DNA of 64,000 nucleotides from assembly GCA_964356795.1 (NCBI GenBank), contig CAYHIK010000002.1:26600-90599 (forward strand), written 5' to 3'. The notes under the pieces were generated by a model that did no database searches, was not told the origin of the DNA, and saw nothing but the letters and a program-made list of their open reading frames with translations. This stretch comes from an uncultured Candidatus Saccharibacteria bacterium (GTDB lineage Bacteria > Patescibacteriota > Minisyncoccia > 2-02-FULL-40-12 > GWA2-44-9). Positions 1 to 9,728 of this stretch are shown one piece after another. The position numbers and the translations under genes are program-made. The first letter of the stretch is position 1. Each line of letters opens with the position of its first letter.

Positions 1-1077
1 CACGATGCCCACGATAGGACTCCGAATAATACCCTTCGCTATGAGCGATCCAATGCGTTGCGCTTTCGCCTGCGCAGACATGAGCGCTGCGCGCTGAGCA
101 TCGATTTCATCGGGGGTAGATCCTGCTTTTGTGAGCGCTAAATCGCTCGCCGCACGCTCTACCGCAAACGTTACCGTTGAGATGAGCTGATCTTGCGTAT
201 TCACCGATGTAATTGCCGCAACAACACTGGAGCGACCCGCGCTCACGTTCGTGCGATACTCCTGCACTACAGTCGACGACAGGACAGCGCCTGGGTCATC
301 TAATACCGCGCCCATCGCAGTAATCGTATCGCGTGCAGATTGAAGATAGCGACGCGCATTACTGAGCGCCGTGGTATACATTGCGTCCGTAGGACTCACT
401 GAAAGGCCATTGAGCTCCTCCTGCCACCGATCAAGATCGGACTCGACAGCGGTACGATACTTTGCCGCGTTCGATGTCTTATAATCATCACAGACGCAGG
501 TGAACGTAAGTCGATAGAGCGGAGTTGCCTCGGTGCCGAAGTTATCAAACATGGCGGCAAGCTGAACGCGGATTGCATTATCGGTCTTTGTGTACGCATC
601 GTAGAGCACATCGTATACATTCGCGTAGGCGTTATCGAGGTCTCGCTGTGCGCGGCGTAAATCAGATTCTTTGATTTCAATCTCTTCGACACGACTCCCC
701 GCTTCGAGCTCGCGGAGCTTTGCCTCCTGTGAAAGCACATTCGCCTGCGCATCCTGAAGATCTGCCGATAATTCGCCAAGATCGAGCGATGCCAACACCT
801 GGCCAATGACTACGCGCTGACCGACAACAGCCGGAACTCGCGCGATGCGGCCACTACTCTGGAACGACAATTCGACATCCTGCGAGGGCTTCACACGACC
901 CGTGACCGAAACAACCTCACTAATGCTCCCCCGAGCAACCGTGAGAGCAGTATCGGGGGCAGAATCCCCACCCCACACCGCATAGAGAACAGCGCCTACA
1001 ACGAAGATAACCGCTCCATATGCTATATATCGTGTTTTGCGCGGGAGTAATCGAAAACGCTTAATATAGGTATTCAT
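1..1077 (-). CDS. RND/HlyD-family efflux periplasmic adaptor subunit (partial, runs off the window start)
   Basis: Not in the ORF track. Manual translation from ATG 1077 gives MNTYIKRFRLLPRKTRYIAYGAVIFVVGAVLY...VSVTGRVKPSQDVELSFQSSGRIARV...VGQRVVIGQVLASLD, a long helical hairpin, then IIRSPIVGIV. This is a membrane anchor plus both lipoyl-like half motifs. Confidence 0.85.
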   Translation of the reverse strand, partial: MNTYIKRFRLLPRKTRYIAYGAVIFVVGAVLYAVWGGDSAPDTALTVARGSISEVVSVTGRVKPSQDVELSFQSSGRIARVPAVVGQRVVIGQVLASLDLGELSADLQDAQANVLSQEAKLRELEAGSRVEEIEIKESDLRRAQRDLDNAYANVYDVLYDAYTKTDNAIRVQLAAMFDNFGTEATPLYRLTFTCVCDDYKTSNAAKYRTAVESDLDRWQEELNGLSVSPTDAMYTTALSNARRYLQSARDTITAMGAVLDDPGAVLSSTVVQEYRTNVSAGRSSVVAAITSVNTQDQLISTVTFAVERAASDLALTKAGSTPDEIDAQRAALMSAQAKAQRIGSLIAKGIIRSPIVGIV

Positions 1078-1166
1078 AACGCACGTAGTATACCAAAAAT
1101 ACACCCTCTCGTCCATAAATCCACGCACGAGTGGAATAATCACGCGTCGTGCGTTAGGATTAACCC

Positions 1167-2498
1167 ATGCCACAACGCATCTACAATTATCTGTTCGGTT
1201 CAGTCTTTCGCGCAGGAGCATCAACGCTCACCGTGCTCATCCTCATCAGTAACGCGCTCGGACTGGTGCGCGACATGCTCTTTTCGCGTTTTGTGGGCGC
1301 AACTCGACTTCTCGATATCTATAACGCCTCTTTTATTGTCCCCGATATCCTTCTCAATGTATTTGTAGCTGGCGCGCTTACCGCCGCATTTATCCCCGTA
1401 TTCTCCCACCTCCGAGCGCATGGCGAGCGCGAAGAGTCTGAACGCGTCGCCTCCACTATGCTCGTTGCCGCACCCGCAACGATGGGCCTCATCGGCATTG
1501 TCGCCTTCACATTTATGCCTCAGCTCGCGCACATCGTTGCCCCTGGATTTAACCCCGGAGAGCTCACCCTCCTCATCCGCATGAGTAGGCTCATGTTGCT
1601 CTCCCCTATTATCTTTGCACTCTCGAACACCCTCGGCGGAGTCCTTGTGTCGCTCGATCGATTCGTCGGATATGGCCTTTCATCAATTCTCTACAACATC
1701 GGCATCATTGGCGGTATTTTCTTGATTCCACTCGTTGGCCCAATCGGATTAGCGCTCGGAACCCTCGCAGGGGCACTTCTCCACCTCTCATCGCGCGTTA
1801 TCGCAATTCTCCGCACAGATTTTCGTGCCCATGGTCCAATTAGTTTCAGCAACGAACATTTCCGCCAGATTATGAAGCTCATGCTCCCCCGAGTCGCTGG
1901 CCAGCCCATCGAGCAACTCATCTTCTCAATGTTCACGAATCTGGCCTCCACGCTTGCGGTAGGATCAGTCGCAGTAGTTAATTTTGCGCGCAATTTCCAG
2001 AGCATGCCTATTAGTGTCTTTGGTATCGCATTCTCTATGGCCGTCTTCAGTTCGCTTTCGCGTAAAGCCGCACTCAAAGACCGCGAAGGCTTTCTGTATC
2101 ATCTGAAAGAGACCGCGAAGCCACTCATGATTGCGTCTATCATCTCGATGGTCGTCTATATCCTCTTTGGCTCCTGGATTATCGGACTCCTGCTCGGCGG
2201 TGGAAAGTTCGGCCCCGAAGCCGTGCATCGCACTGCAACACTGCTCGCACTCTTCGCACTCGCCATCCCCGCGGAGAACGCTATTCATCTCCTCGTACGC
2301 TCATTTTACGCACTCAAAGATACATGGACGCCCATATTCGTGAGCATCCCGGGTCTTGGACTTATCTGGCTCCTCTCCAAAGCGCTCATCCCGAGCATGG
2401 ACGTGAACGCCCTCGGTGCGGCATATGCCATCTCGCTTACATCCCAAGCACTCATCCTCTTCGCACTCCTGCGAAGACGATTGAATACGCTCTCGTAG
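1167..2498 (+). CDS. murJ: Lipid II flippase MurJ/MviN
   Basis: LGLVRD, F-x-x-PD...GALTAAFIPVF and RSFYALKDT-x-TP motifs; many transmembrane (TM) segments. Confidence 0.93.
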   Translation: MPQRIYNYLFGSVFRAGASTLTVLILISNALGLVRDMLFSRFVGATRLLDIYNASFIVPDILLNVFVAGALTAAFIPVFSHLRAHGEREESERVASTMLVAAPATMGLIGIVAFTFMPQLAHIVAPGFNPGELTLLIRMSRLMLLSPIIFALSNTLGGVLVSLDRFVGYGLSSILYNIGIIGGIFLIPLVGPIGLALGTLAGALLHLSSRVIAILRTDFRAHGPISFSNEHFRQIMKLMLPRVAGQPIEQLIFSMFTNLASTLAVGSVAVVNFARNFQSMPISVFGIAFSMAVFSSLSRKAALKDREGFLYHLKETAKPLMIASIISMVVYILFGSWIIGLLLGGGKFGPEAVHRTATLLALFALAIPAENAIHLLVRSFYALKDTWTPIFVSIPGLGLIWLLSKALIPSMDVNALGAAYAISLTSQALILFALLRRRLNTLS

Positions 2499-2510
2499 TA
2501 TTGAGCAATT

Positions 2511-5501
2511 CTACTTCCCTACGAAGTTTCCTGAATCATGATGCGATGCATCAGAGATGTCTTCGATCTCGCCCTTGCGATAGCGGTCCGTTGCCATATA
2601 CCCCACGTATCCGAATACTCCGATAATGGCGAGAAGGATTGCAAGAATAGTAGATTCTCCGGGACCAGTCTGTACGCGAGCCGCGACTCCAGCAACTACA
2701 CTACGCGGTGCAGGCGATGCCGTAGGAGCTACCTCAGCGAGCGCAGTCCGATTAATAATAATAGTGCGCGGAATCTGAGTGGCAGTACCAGCTTGATCAA
2801 GCGAAGCAAGACTCAGCTGATTTGCCCCCGCTCGCAGTGGTACCACCGCTTGCCATGAGAAACACCCAACATCAGTAGTGCATCCGGCTGTTGAGGGGAC
2901 AACAGCAACGGTCTGAAGAACTACACCGTTGAGCGTAATGCGAACACCCACGACGGGTGACTTTGACTCAATATTTGGAATCGCGCTTCCGCCCACCACA
3001 ACAGACTCCGATGTAACAACGGCGCCATCGCCTGGGGTCGAAATCGAGACAGAGGGCCCCGAAGATACTGGCTGACTATCATCCCCCAGTCCAGCATCTG
3101 AAGGGCCTGTAAGCGGTGCGTCTGCCCCCAGAACGCCCATCGTAATAATGCCGAGCCCGCCCCGCAGATTCGATACTATATTCGCAAAGAATGAAGACGA
3201 CTCAATGCGAGCCTGTGGCCTCTTCATGATATCTGCTATAGCCGCGAAAAGATCCGCTGGGACACTATTTCCCTGACTTCGAGCGAGCTTTGCCCACTCG
3301 CGCGCACGACCCTCATCGTGCTGCAACATCGCCGCCATCCGGGCAATGACATGCAAATCGGGGGATCTGTCCCGATCATTACTACACACCGAAGAGAGGT
3401 AATCTCTTCCGCCCTGTTCGCCATAAATCATGTGGAGCGTGCGGTCTGGACTTGTTAGCCTCGAGCAGAAATTTCTACCATGAGCGGCCAGCCCGGAATT
3501 AGCCATCGTGATCGCGTGAACCAGTTCGTGCACAAAAAGACCCTCCCATCCATTATCTAGCCCGCCCATTCGTGGAAAAGACATAACCCCATCAGTCGTC
3601 ATACAGGCGCCCGCTCCACCACAACGCGAATTTGAGTCAATCATCGTGTGGAGGTTACCCTTTCCCATCACACCGAGCCTGTCGAGAATGAACGCGTACT
3701 GACCCTCGGTATAGGTTGACGGCACTGAAACACCAAACTTACTTCGAATTTCAGCGATTAAAGACGGCGGAGGTGGCGCACCACAGCTTGAACCTTCACT
3801 GGAACACCCATCACCGCCAGCACCCGAAACACGGGCGCAAGTGCTCGAACGACACTCAAGATGTGAGTCGGGAATCGGAGTAGCGCTTGGAATTGGTGTC
3901 GGGGTATTGCCAGCAGCGATTGTGCACGCCAGAATACAACGATTACCATCATCGCAGTCATTACCACCTATTCCGGGATTGTTAAATCCGTCATCATCGC
4001 AGTCGCCATCATCACACGTCAATTCAGAGGGAATGCACTGGCTTGGATTTGGCGTTGGAGTAGCGACTACGACTCGATCACAGCAACTAGCACAATCAGA
4101 TGATTGCCCAACCGATGAATATCCCGCAGGACACGTGGTGGCCTCGCTACACAAATCTCCTCCCAGCGCGCCACAGCTCAGCCCACCCACCGGAGTGGGA
4201 GTTGGGGTTGGATTCAAAACTGGAGTAGGCGTCGCCTGTGCGATTTGCGTCGGTGTCGGAGTTGAAGCTTGAGGCCCACAGTTCGTGGTACGCGTAGCCC
4301 CAACGCAACGATCACTATCATTTGCGTCATTGCATGCCGTGATGGGATTTGCATTTGATGCCGCTGGATTCAAAACTCCATCTCCGTCGCAGTCACCATC
4401 AGCGCACATGGCATCGTCGACATTAACCTCACATGAGTTTGACGCTGGTGTAGGGGTAGGAGTTGCCTGAGCGAGCGGTGTGGGGGTAGGAGCCTGCGCG
4501 CCACATCCCGTCGTCTGAGTTGCTCCAACGCAACGATCACTATCATTTGCGTCATTGCATGCCGTGATGGGATTTGCATTTGATGCCGCTGGATTCAAAA
4601 CTCCATCTCCGTCGCAGTCACCATCAGCGCACATGGCATCGTCGACATTCACTACGCATGAGCTAGATGTGGGCGTTGGTGTAGGGGTGCCCAATGGTGT
4701 AGGGGTTGAAGTCTGTGGCCCGCAGTTCGTGGTACGCGTAGCCCCAACACAGCGGTCGCTGTCATTCGCGTCGTTACATGTGGCAATGGGGTTCGCGTTG
4801 GAAGCTGCTGGATTGAGCACGCCGTCTCCATCGCAGTCGCCGTCGGCACACATATCATCGTCAGTCACGACGGCACATGAATTGCTTGGGGTTGGAGTAG
4901 TCACTGGCGTAGGAGTTGAAGTCTGCGATCCACAATTCGTGGTACGCGTAGCCCCAACGCAACGATTACCATCATCGGCATCGTTACACGCATTAATAGG
5001 GTTCGCATTCGAGGCGGCGGGGTTGAGCGCGCCGTCTCCATCGCAGTCACCGTCGGCGCACATGTCATCATCAGTCGCGACGACGCATGAATTGTTTGGC
5101 GTCGGGGTTGGTGTTGGCTCTTCAGCGGGATCATCGGTAGGCTCTGGCGTCTCGGTCGCTCCATCGCAAGAATTTCCAGTCTGAGAAGCGCCAACACAAC
5201 TATTGCCGTCATCTTGGTCGTTGCAGGCGGATATTGGATTTGCATTTGAGGCGTCGGGGTTGAGCGCGCCATCATCATCGCAGTCGCCGTCGGCACATCC
5301 CTCATCCGTAACCGTAACCGCACATGGATCAGTGCTTGGTTCGTCGGTTGACTCTGCGGATGGGGGATCTTCCTCTCCAGGATCCTGTTCGAATGCAAAA
5401 AAGCGGCCGACATCAACTGAATAATCCCCCTGCTGATAGACAGCAATCGCTCCCACGATGAGGAGTGATATTCCAAGGAGAGCTGCTGCTCGGCCGAGCA
5501 T
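2511..5501 (-). CDS. Large surface protein: Cys/Asp-rich repeats, Pro-Thr linkers, HExxH zincin-like region, Ig-like domain, C-terminal membrane anchor
   Basis: N-terminal hydrophobic signal; five CADGDCDxDG...NP..SNANPI..CND..D...CVGA repeats; FVHELVHAIT; PSVSISTPGDGAVV...GANQLSLASLDQAG Ig-like stretch; QTGPGE followed by a TM helix. Confidence 0.8.
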   Translation of the reverse strand: MLGRAAALLGISLLIVGAIAVYQQGDYSVDVGRFFAFEQDPGEEDPPSAESTDEPSTDPCAVTVTDEGCADGDCDDDGALNPDASNANPISACNDQDDGNSCVGASQTGNSCDGATETPEPTDDPAEEPTPTPTPNNSCVVATDDDMCADGDCDGDGALNPAASNANPINACNDADDGNRCVGATRTTNCGSQTSTPTPVTTPTPSNSCAVVTDDDMCADGDCDGDGVLNPAASNANPIATCNDANDSDRCVGATRTTNCGPQTSTPTPLGTPTPTPTSSSCVVNVDDAMCADGDCDGDGVLNPAASNANPITACNDANDSDRCVGATQTTGCGAQAPTPTPLAQATPTPTPASNSCEVNVDDAMCADGDCDGDGVLNPAASNANPITACNDANDSDRCVGATRTTNCGPQASTPTPTQIAQATPTPVLNPTPTPTPVGGLSCGALGGDLCSEATTCPAGYSSVGQSSDCASCCDRVVVATPTPNPSQCIPSELTCDDGDCDDDGFNNPGIGGNDCDDGNRCILACTIAAGNTPTPIPSATPIPDSHLECRSSTCARVSGAGGDGCSSEGSSCGAPPPPSLIAEIRSKFGVSVPSTYTEGQYAFILDRLGVMGKGNLHTMIDSNSRCGGAGACMTTDGVMSFPRMGGLDNGWEGLFVHELVHAITMANSGLAAHGRNFCSRLTSPDRTLHMIYGEQGGRDYLSSVCSNDRDRSPDLHVIARMAAMLQHDEGRAREWAKLARSQGNSVPADLFAAIADIMKRPQARIESSSFFANIVSNLRGGLGIITMGVLGADAPLTGPSDAGLGDDSQPVSSGPSVSISTPGDGAVVTSESVVVGGSAIPNIESKSPVVGVRITLNGVVLQTVAVVPSTAGCTTDVGCFSWQAVVPLRAGANQLSLASLDQAGTATQIPRTIIINRTALAEVAPTASPAPRSVVAGVAARVQTGPGESTILAILLAIIGVFGYVGYMATDRYRKGEIEDISDASHHDSGNFVGK
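4277..5322 (-). repeat. Five intragenic tandem repeats (~200-250 nt period)
   Basis: Visible in both protein and DNA. Positions 4301-4424 and 4526-4649 are identical. Confidence 0.92.
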
Positions 5502-5573
5502 AGTTTAAGAGAATAATTAAAAACTATCGATGCATGATAATCATACCACGATGCAAGCGCACTTTATCCACAT

Positions 5574-6389
5574 TCACTGATTTGGATACACAACAATAAT
5601 TGCTCGCCGACCAGATTCAACGTATCCAACAGGATCGACACCAACTGGCCACTCATCTCCACCCGACGGAGCATCGTGCATCGCATTTAAAAACACATTC
5701 GGAGCAAAGGTGAGATTCCTCCCATGCCGCGTGCCAACATCATTGGTAATAATATCGCCATTATCTGCGACTCCCTTCACCACCAGCATGTGGTACACGG
5801 GGCCTGGTTGCGTGTAATACTTATTTCCCAGCAATCTGCCCGCAAGCGGCACGATAACGGGTCGGCCCGCACGCACATGACGCGCCAAATCTTCGATACC
5901 AGCATTGTATACAACGTCTACACGCTTGTACCCATAATACTCTCGAATGAATCGCGCTGTTTCAGCTGCGGTTGAGTGCTTATAGTATCCGAAATGCTCC
6001 TGCTGCCACGCAACGAGCTTCAGCATCGCCGCCTCGGCCTCCTCCACGGAAAGCGAAGCTCCCCGCCAGAATGCATCCACCAGCATCGCGCTCGCCTCTT
6101 CGCAGGCTTCCTGCCAAGGCAACGACCAATCTCCACGCGGAGCCTGGCTCATGAATGGGACGGCTAAGTTAATCGCGGAAGGAGCCGCCACGATAGTCGG
6201 CAATGGCCTGGGAGTCGTTGTGGCTCGTGGTGAGCCCGATACCGTGGCGACAAGCGGAGTTGCACGAGGTTGCTCGTGAGGAACGCTTGGCTTTTGGAGT
6301 TCAATGAGTCCATCCCGAATCTGCCCTCGAAAAATGATAGCAACGAGTGCAATGACCGAGATACTAATTAATCGCTTCATAGACATCAT
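5574..6389 (-). CDS. C39-like cysteine peptidase, membrane anchored
   Basis: LAVPFMSQAP...QEACEEAS (catalytic Cys), YHMLVVKG (His), ITNDVG (Asp). Confidence 0.85.
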   Translation of the reverse strand: MMSMKRLISISVIALVAIIFRGQIRDGLIELQKPSVPHEQPRATPLVATVSGSPRATTTPRPLPTIVAAPSAINLAVPFMSQAPRGDWSLPWQEACEEASAMLVDAFWRGASLSVEEAEAAMLKLVAWQQEHFGYYKHSTAAETARFIREYYGYKRVDVVYNAGIEDLARHVRAGRPVIVPLAGRLLGNKYYTQPGPVYHMLVVKGVADNGDIITNDVGTRHGRNLTFAPNVFLNAMHDAPSGGDEWPVGVDPVGYVESGRRAIIVVYPNQ

Positions 6390-6445
6390 TCAGTATATGA
6401 GAAAAGAAAAACCCCGACAATAGAATGCCGGGGAGAACGTACGTG

Positions 6446-6724
6446 TCACTGACACCGACGACAGCTATCGATTTCATATGCGATATAGCTAGGAATATGC
6501 TGGTACCCCTCACCTCGCATATGCCGATCGACTTCTGCCTGATTCGCGCCCTCGACATCCTCAATGATGGCGCCCTCGAGATTACGAATGATGGCACGGT
6601 ATCGACCATTTGCAAGCACTTCGCGATATACGTGAAAGTTCTGCACGCACCGCTCTTCGTGATCCGCACCAAACGCTCGAAGCGTCACAGAGCACCCCCG
6701 TCCAACAGAACATGGGCACATCAT
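6446..6724 (-). CDS. Small Cys-containing hypothetical protein
   Basis: Part of ORF 6446..6817 with the start moved to avoid overlap. Followed by a hairpin and U-tract near 6403-6434. Confidence 0.5.
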   Translation of the reverse strand: MMCPCSVGRGCSVTLRAFGADHEERCVQNFHVYREVLANGRYRAIIRNLEGAIIEDVEGANQAEVDRHMRGEGYQHIPSYIAYEIDSCRRCQ

Positions 6725-6747
6725 GCACCCATGATACAATTCGTCAA

Positions 6748-7152
6748 TTAGAGATTGTGGGCTTTGAAGCACTCGATGTACTCCCGGTCCATATGCTTGA
6801 TGTGATTGAGGAGCCAATCATACATCGCGCGAGAAAGTTCAGCGGTAAGCGCATTCTGATCGTCTAAGAATTGAATACGAATCTTATCGATGCGCTCTTC
6901 AAATGCTCGGTGCGATGCTGTATGCGCTTCTGCGTTGGAATAGCACCCAAACGCGATAAAATGCTCCTCCTCTGTTTTGAAGTGATGCTTGATGTAGGCG
7001 CGGAGCTCGTCAAAAATGTCTGATACGTGCTTTCCGATGGTGCCATCGGCAACCGTGCGCTCAAGTTTTGCGATTAAATCAATAAACCGATGATGCTGTT
7101 CATCGACTTCCTCGATACCCATAGCAATTGTCTCATTCCATTCAATTGGCAT
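6748..7152 (-). CDS. Bacteriohemerythrin (single domain)
   Basis: W....MGIEEVDEQH, HFKTEE, HTASH and WLLNHIKHMD di-iron ligand motifs. Confidence 0.93.
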   Translation of the reverse strand: MPIEWNETIAMGIEEVDEQHHRFIDLIAKLERTVADGTIGKHVSDIFDELRAYIKHHFKTEEEHFIAFGCYSNAEAHTASHRAFEERIDKIRIQFLDDQNALTAELSRAMYDWLLNHIKHMDREYIECFKAHNL

Positions 7153-7254
7153 GCGCGGATTATACCATGCCTCACCCCTATCGCTAGTTTATTGCTGTTT
7201 TTTCGGCCTGGTGTATTGTTGTACATAGATCATTCATGAACAAGGGAGTCTCTC

Positions 7255-7701
7255 ATGTTCCGAAAACACGGAGGTCAGACGGCGTCCCGCGGTTCGTATT
7301 GGGACAAGGACTTGTGGCGTATTTTCGTCGTGCAAAACGACGGCGAAGTTCTTCCTGGTAGCTCCGATCGCGTGTACCTGCGATTGAGCACAATCGAAAT
7401 GCTGGTGCTCGCGCTCATCATCAGTGGGATGTTCGTCCTGTTCGTCCCGTTCGCAGGCATCGGCGTGGTTACCATCACGGCATTCATCGCCATCGTCTCG
7501 TTCCTCGTCCAGAAGGTTCTGTGCGTCATCATTCGCAGAATCTGCAAGGCCGAAGCCTGGGTGTGTGACATCACGCGTCGTTACTTCTGCAAGGAGTGCG
7601 GTAACGACTGCGACGATCACATCACCATGACCGTCCGGGCCCTCTTGTTTGCGCTCTTCTACCTGGCCGGCGCGCTCACGGTGAAGTACATCGGTGGCTA
7701 G
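7255..7701 (+). CDS. Hypothetical membrane protein
   Basis: GGGAG ribosome-binding site (RBS), hydrophobic segments, CKEC motif; downstream hairpin at 7715-7740. Confidence 0.7.
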   Translation: MFRKHGGQTASRGSYWDKDLWRIFVVQNDGEVLPGSSDRVYLRLSTIEMLVLALIISGMFVLFVPFAGIGVVTITAFIAIVSFLVQKVLCVIIRRICKAEAWVCDITRRYFCKECGNDCDDHITMTVRALLFALFYLAGALTVKYIGG

Positions 7702-7751
7702 GCCCCGCATCGCAAAACACCCCCTCTTCGGGGGTGTTTCTTTGTATACTT

Positions 7752-7865
7752 CTAGCGTGCCCTGCGAGACGCAAGCATCTTCTTCTTGATCTCCTGACGC
7801 TTTTTGGTTTTCTTTGGGTGCTTGCGCACGCGAGTACTACTCAATGCGCCACGTCGTTTTGCCAT
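7752..7865 (-). CDS. 37-aa very basic small protein
   Basis: Manual translation: MAKRRGALSSTRVRKHPKKTKKRQEIKKKMLASRRAR*. Below the ORF-track length cutoff; ends next to the 7715-7740 hairpin. Confidence 0.65.
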   Translation of the reverse strand: MAKRRGALSSTRVRKHPKKTKKRQEIKKKMLASRRAR

Positions 7866-7922
7866 AGATAGTTCGTTGAAATTACCCGCCAATCATACCA
7901 CAGCGCCCAGCTCTCGTCGAAC

Positions 7923-8477
7923 TCATTTCAGGCGAAGCGTGGAGAGCATCGTATCGACGATGGCGCGAAAGCCGGCGTTGGTGGGATCAGGAGTCATGAA
8001 GGAGATCTCGAGCATCGTTGTGTCGCTTCGCGGAATGTAGATGATATCGAAATCGCCAAGCGCGGAAACCTGAATACGTTTCACCGATTCCCCAGCAAGT
8101 ATTTCGTCAGAGAGTGGCTTCGTAATCGTTCCCACATCTTTGAACATTTGCTCCTGTGACTTGATATATGCATCCGTTCCGCTTGGCGTCGGAAACGTGC
8201 GCATACTAAAGATGATGCCGTCGTACATCTCGGTCTGCCCCTTCTGTGTGGGCCCCCACATACTAAATCGAACGTCCGAAGCACTATCAGAATGTTTCGT
8301 TAATTTGGAGTCATACGCTATCGAAAGATTCATCGTCTCACTGGTGTACATCTGCCAGTCAGCAGGAGCGCTGACTTCTTGGGCGCTCTGCGAACCTCCA
8401 TACCACCTCCACGCACCAAACACAGCGCCCACGAGCACAACCACCGCAATACCTGTCATGAGTTTATGTTTTCTCAT
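7923..8477 (-). CDS. Exported hypothetical protein (PsbP-like fold possible)
   Basis: N-terminal TM, then WQMYTSETMNLSIAY and a terminal IVDTMLSTLRLK pattern. Confidence 0.65.
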   Translation of the reverse strand: MRKHKLMTGIAVVVLVGAVFGAWRWYGGSQSAQEVSAPADWQMYTSETMNLSIAYDSKLTKHSDSASDVRFSMWGPTQKGQTEMYDGIIFSMRTFPTPSGTDAYIKSQEQMFKDVGTITKPLSDEILAGESVKRIQVSALGDFDIIYIPRSDTTMLEISFMTPDPTNAGFRAIVDTMLSTLRLK

Positions 8478-8585
8478 ATCGTATATGAATAATTCTTTTG
8501 CACGCACTATAGCATTTTGCATACAAGCTCGCCAGAAATAAAAAGAGGTCCCGCCGTGAGGCGGGACCGGGTACGCGTTGCAGGA

Positions 8586-9572
8586 CTAGCGATGCACCTC
8601 CTCCCACTGAAAGAGCTGGGAGAGAAGCACTGTGGCGTAGACGCCGGGCGGAAGGTCGAACATGAGCTCCCATCCCTGCGGTTTGGGCGAGGCCGAGAGG
8701 TTCTTCGGCTCGATGACCGTCCGTCGCATGAACGGCGGGGCCAGCTTGCTCGCCCACGTGGTGGCGCCCAACTTGGGCGGACACCAGAACGGACGATACA
8801 GCTCGACGATGTCGGGTCTCGACGACCACATCGGGAGCTCCGCCGGCACACCCTCGAGCCCACGATCGTCCACGAGCTGTGCGAACAGAGTGTTCCACAG
8901 AACGCTCTGCCACTTCTCGAGCGCGAACTCCAACGAGAAGGCGAACTCGGGGTGGAAGAGCGCCTCCTGCAGAGAACGCTTCCCCACGCTCGCCGCCACC
9001 TCGAGCTGTCTTCGTGATGGCGACGCCATCACCGCGTCCACCGCTTCGGCGAACTTTCCCTCGAAGAGGAAACGGCCAATCCGCTCCGAGCCCTCGGCTC
9101 CCATGCGCTGTGGACCAAAGAAGTTGGGAAGTCGAACCACGTTCTTCAGGGGGACGCTCGTCGCGTCCGTGAGAACGAGGACGCTGAAGTGATTGCCTTG
9201 GTGCTTCGCCAGTCGCCCAGCCCCGCCGATGTGGCGAAGAAAGACGCGGTCATGACGGAAGAAGGGATAGTACCGCCCCTCCACCCACATGCGCTGGGAC
9301 GTCAGGGCATGCTTGTCCTTCAACCCCAACCTGCCGATGCAGTTGAGCGAAGTTCGAAGTTGGCGAGCGACGAGGCGCCTTGCGTCCTCGGTCGTCCAGC
9401 CCTCTTTCGTGACCTCGAAGACGGTCACGGCCGACTCCCCGTCCCACGGGCGAACGAGCGTCTCGTCCGCGAGCGGAACGTACGACCCGTCTGGGTTGAT
9501 CTCCTGCACCACGAACGAATCCGTGGTGCTCTTGATGATTCCACGCGGGAGCGTGGTGGTGTTTTCGCCCAT
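8586..9572 (-). CDS. truD: tRNA pseudouridine(13) synthase TruD
   Basis: DSFVVQEI, GLKDKHALTSQ (catalytic Asp), GNHFSV, PNFFGPQRMG and FDLPPGVYAT motifs. Confidence 0.88.
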   Translation of the reverse strand: MGENTTTLPRGIIKSTTDSFVVQEINPDGSYVPLADETLVRPWDGESAVTVFEVTKEGWTTEDARRLVARQLRTSLNCIGRLGLKDKHALTSQRMWVEGRYYPFFRHDRVFLRHIGGAGRLAKHQGNHFSVLVLTDATSVPLKNVVRLPNFFGPQRMGAEGSERIGRFLFEGKFAEAVDAVMASPSRRQLEVAASVGKRSLQEALFHPEFAFSLEFALEKWQSVLWNTLFAQLVDDRGLEGVPAELPMWSSRPDIVELYRPFWCPPKLGATTWASKLAPPFMRRTVIEPKNLSASPKPQGWELMFDLPPGVYATVLLSQLFQWEEVHR

Positions 9573-9629
9573 CGCTAACCTCCGAAAACAAACGAGTTAT
9601 AAGAGATCTACAACGAACCTTCAATATTT

Positions 9630-9658
9630 ATTATACCATGATTTTATATAAATTGCAA
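9630..9658 (-). promoter_or_regulatory. Sigma70-type promoter for truD
   Basis: TTGCAA-N17-TATAAT on the minus strand, with GGAGG before the ATG. Confidence 0.7.
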
Positions 9659-9728
9659 TACCCCTTCACGCACAAAAAAGCCCCGGATTTCGTGTATCCG
9701 AGGCTCGCGGAGGGTGCCTTCATCCATA

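Noticed and set aside
396-806. 136-aa minus-strand ORF in the track
   Set aside because: It is an alternative frame inside the HlyD-family gene at 1-1077.
4555-5184. Repetitive 209-aa plus-strand ORF and its neighbours
   Set aside because: These are antisense shadows of the 996-aa repeat protein.
4277-5322. Possible CRISPR array or non-coding repeat array
   Set aside because: The repeats are over 100 bp, in frame and encode protein modules. The spacers are Pro-Thr linkers and there are no cas genes.
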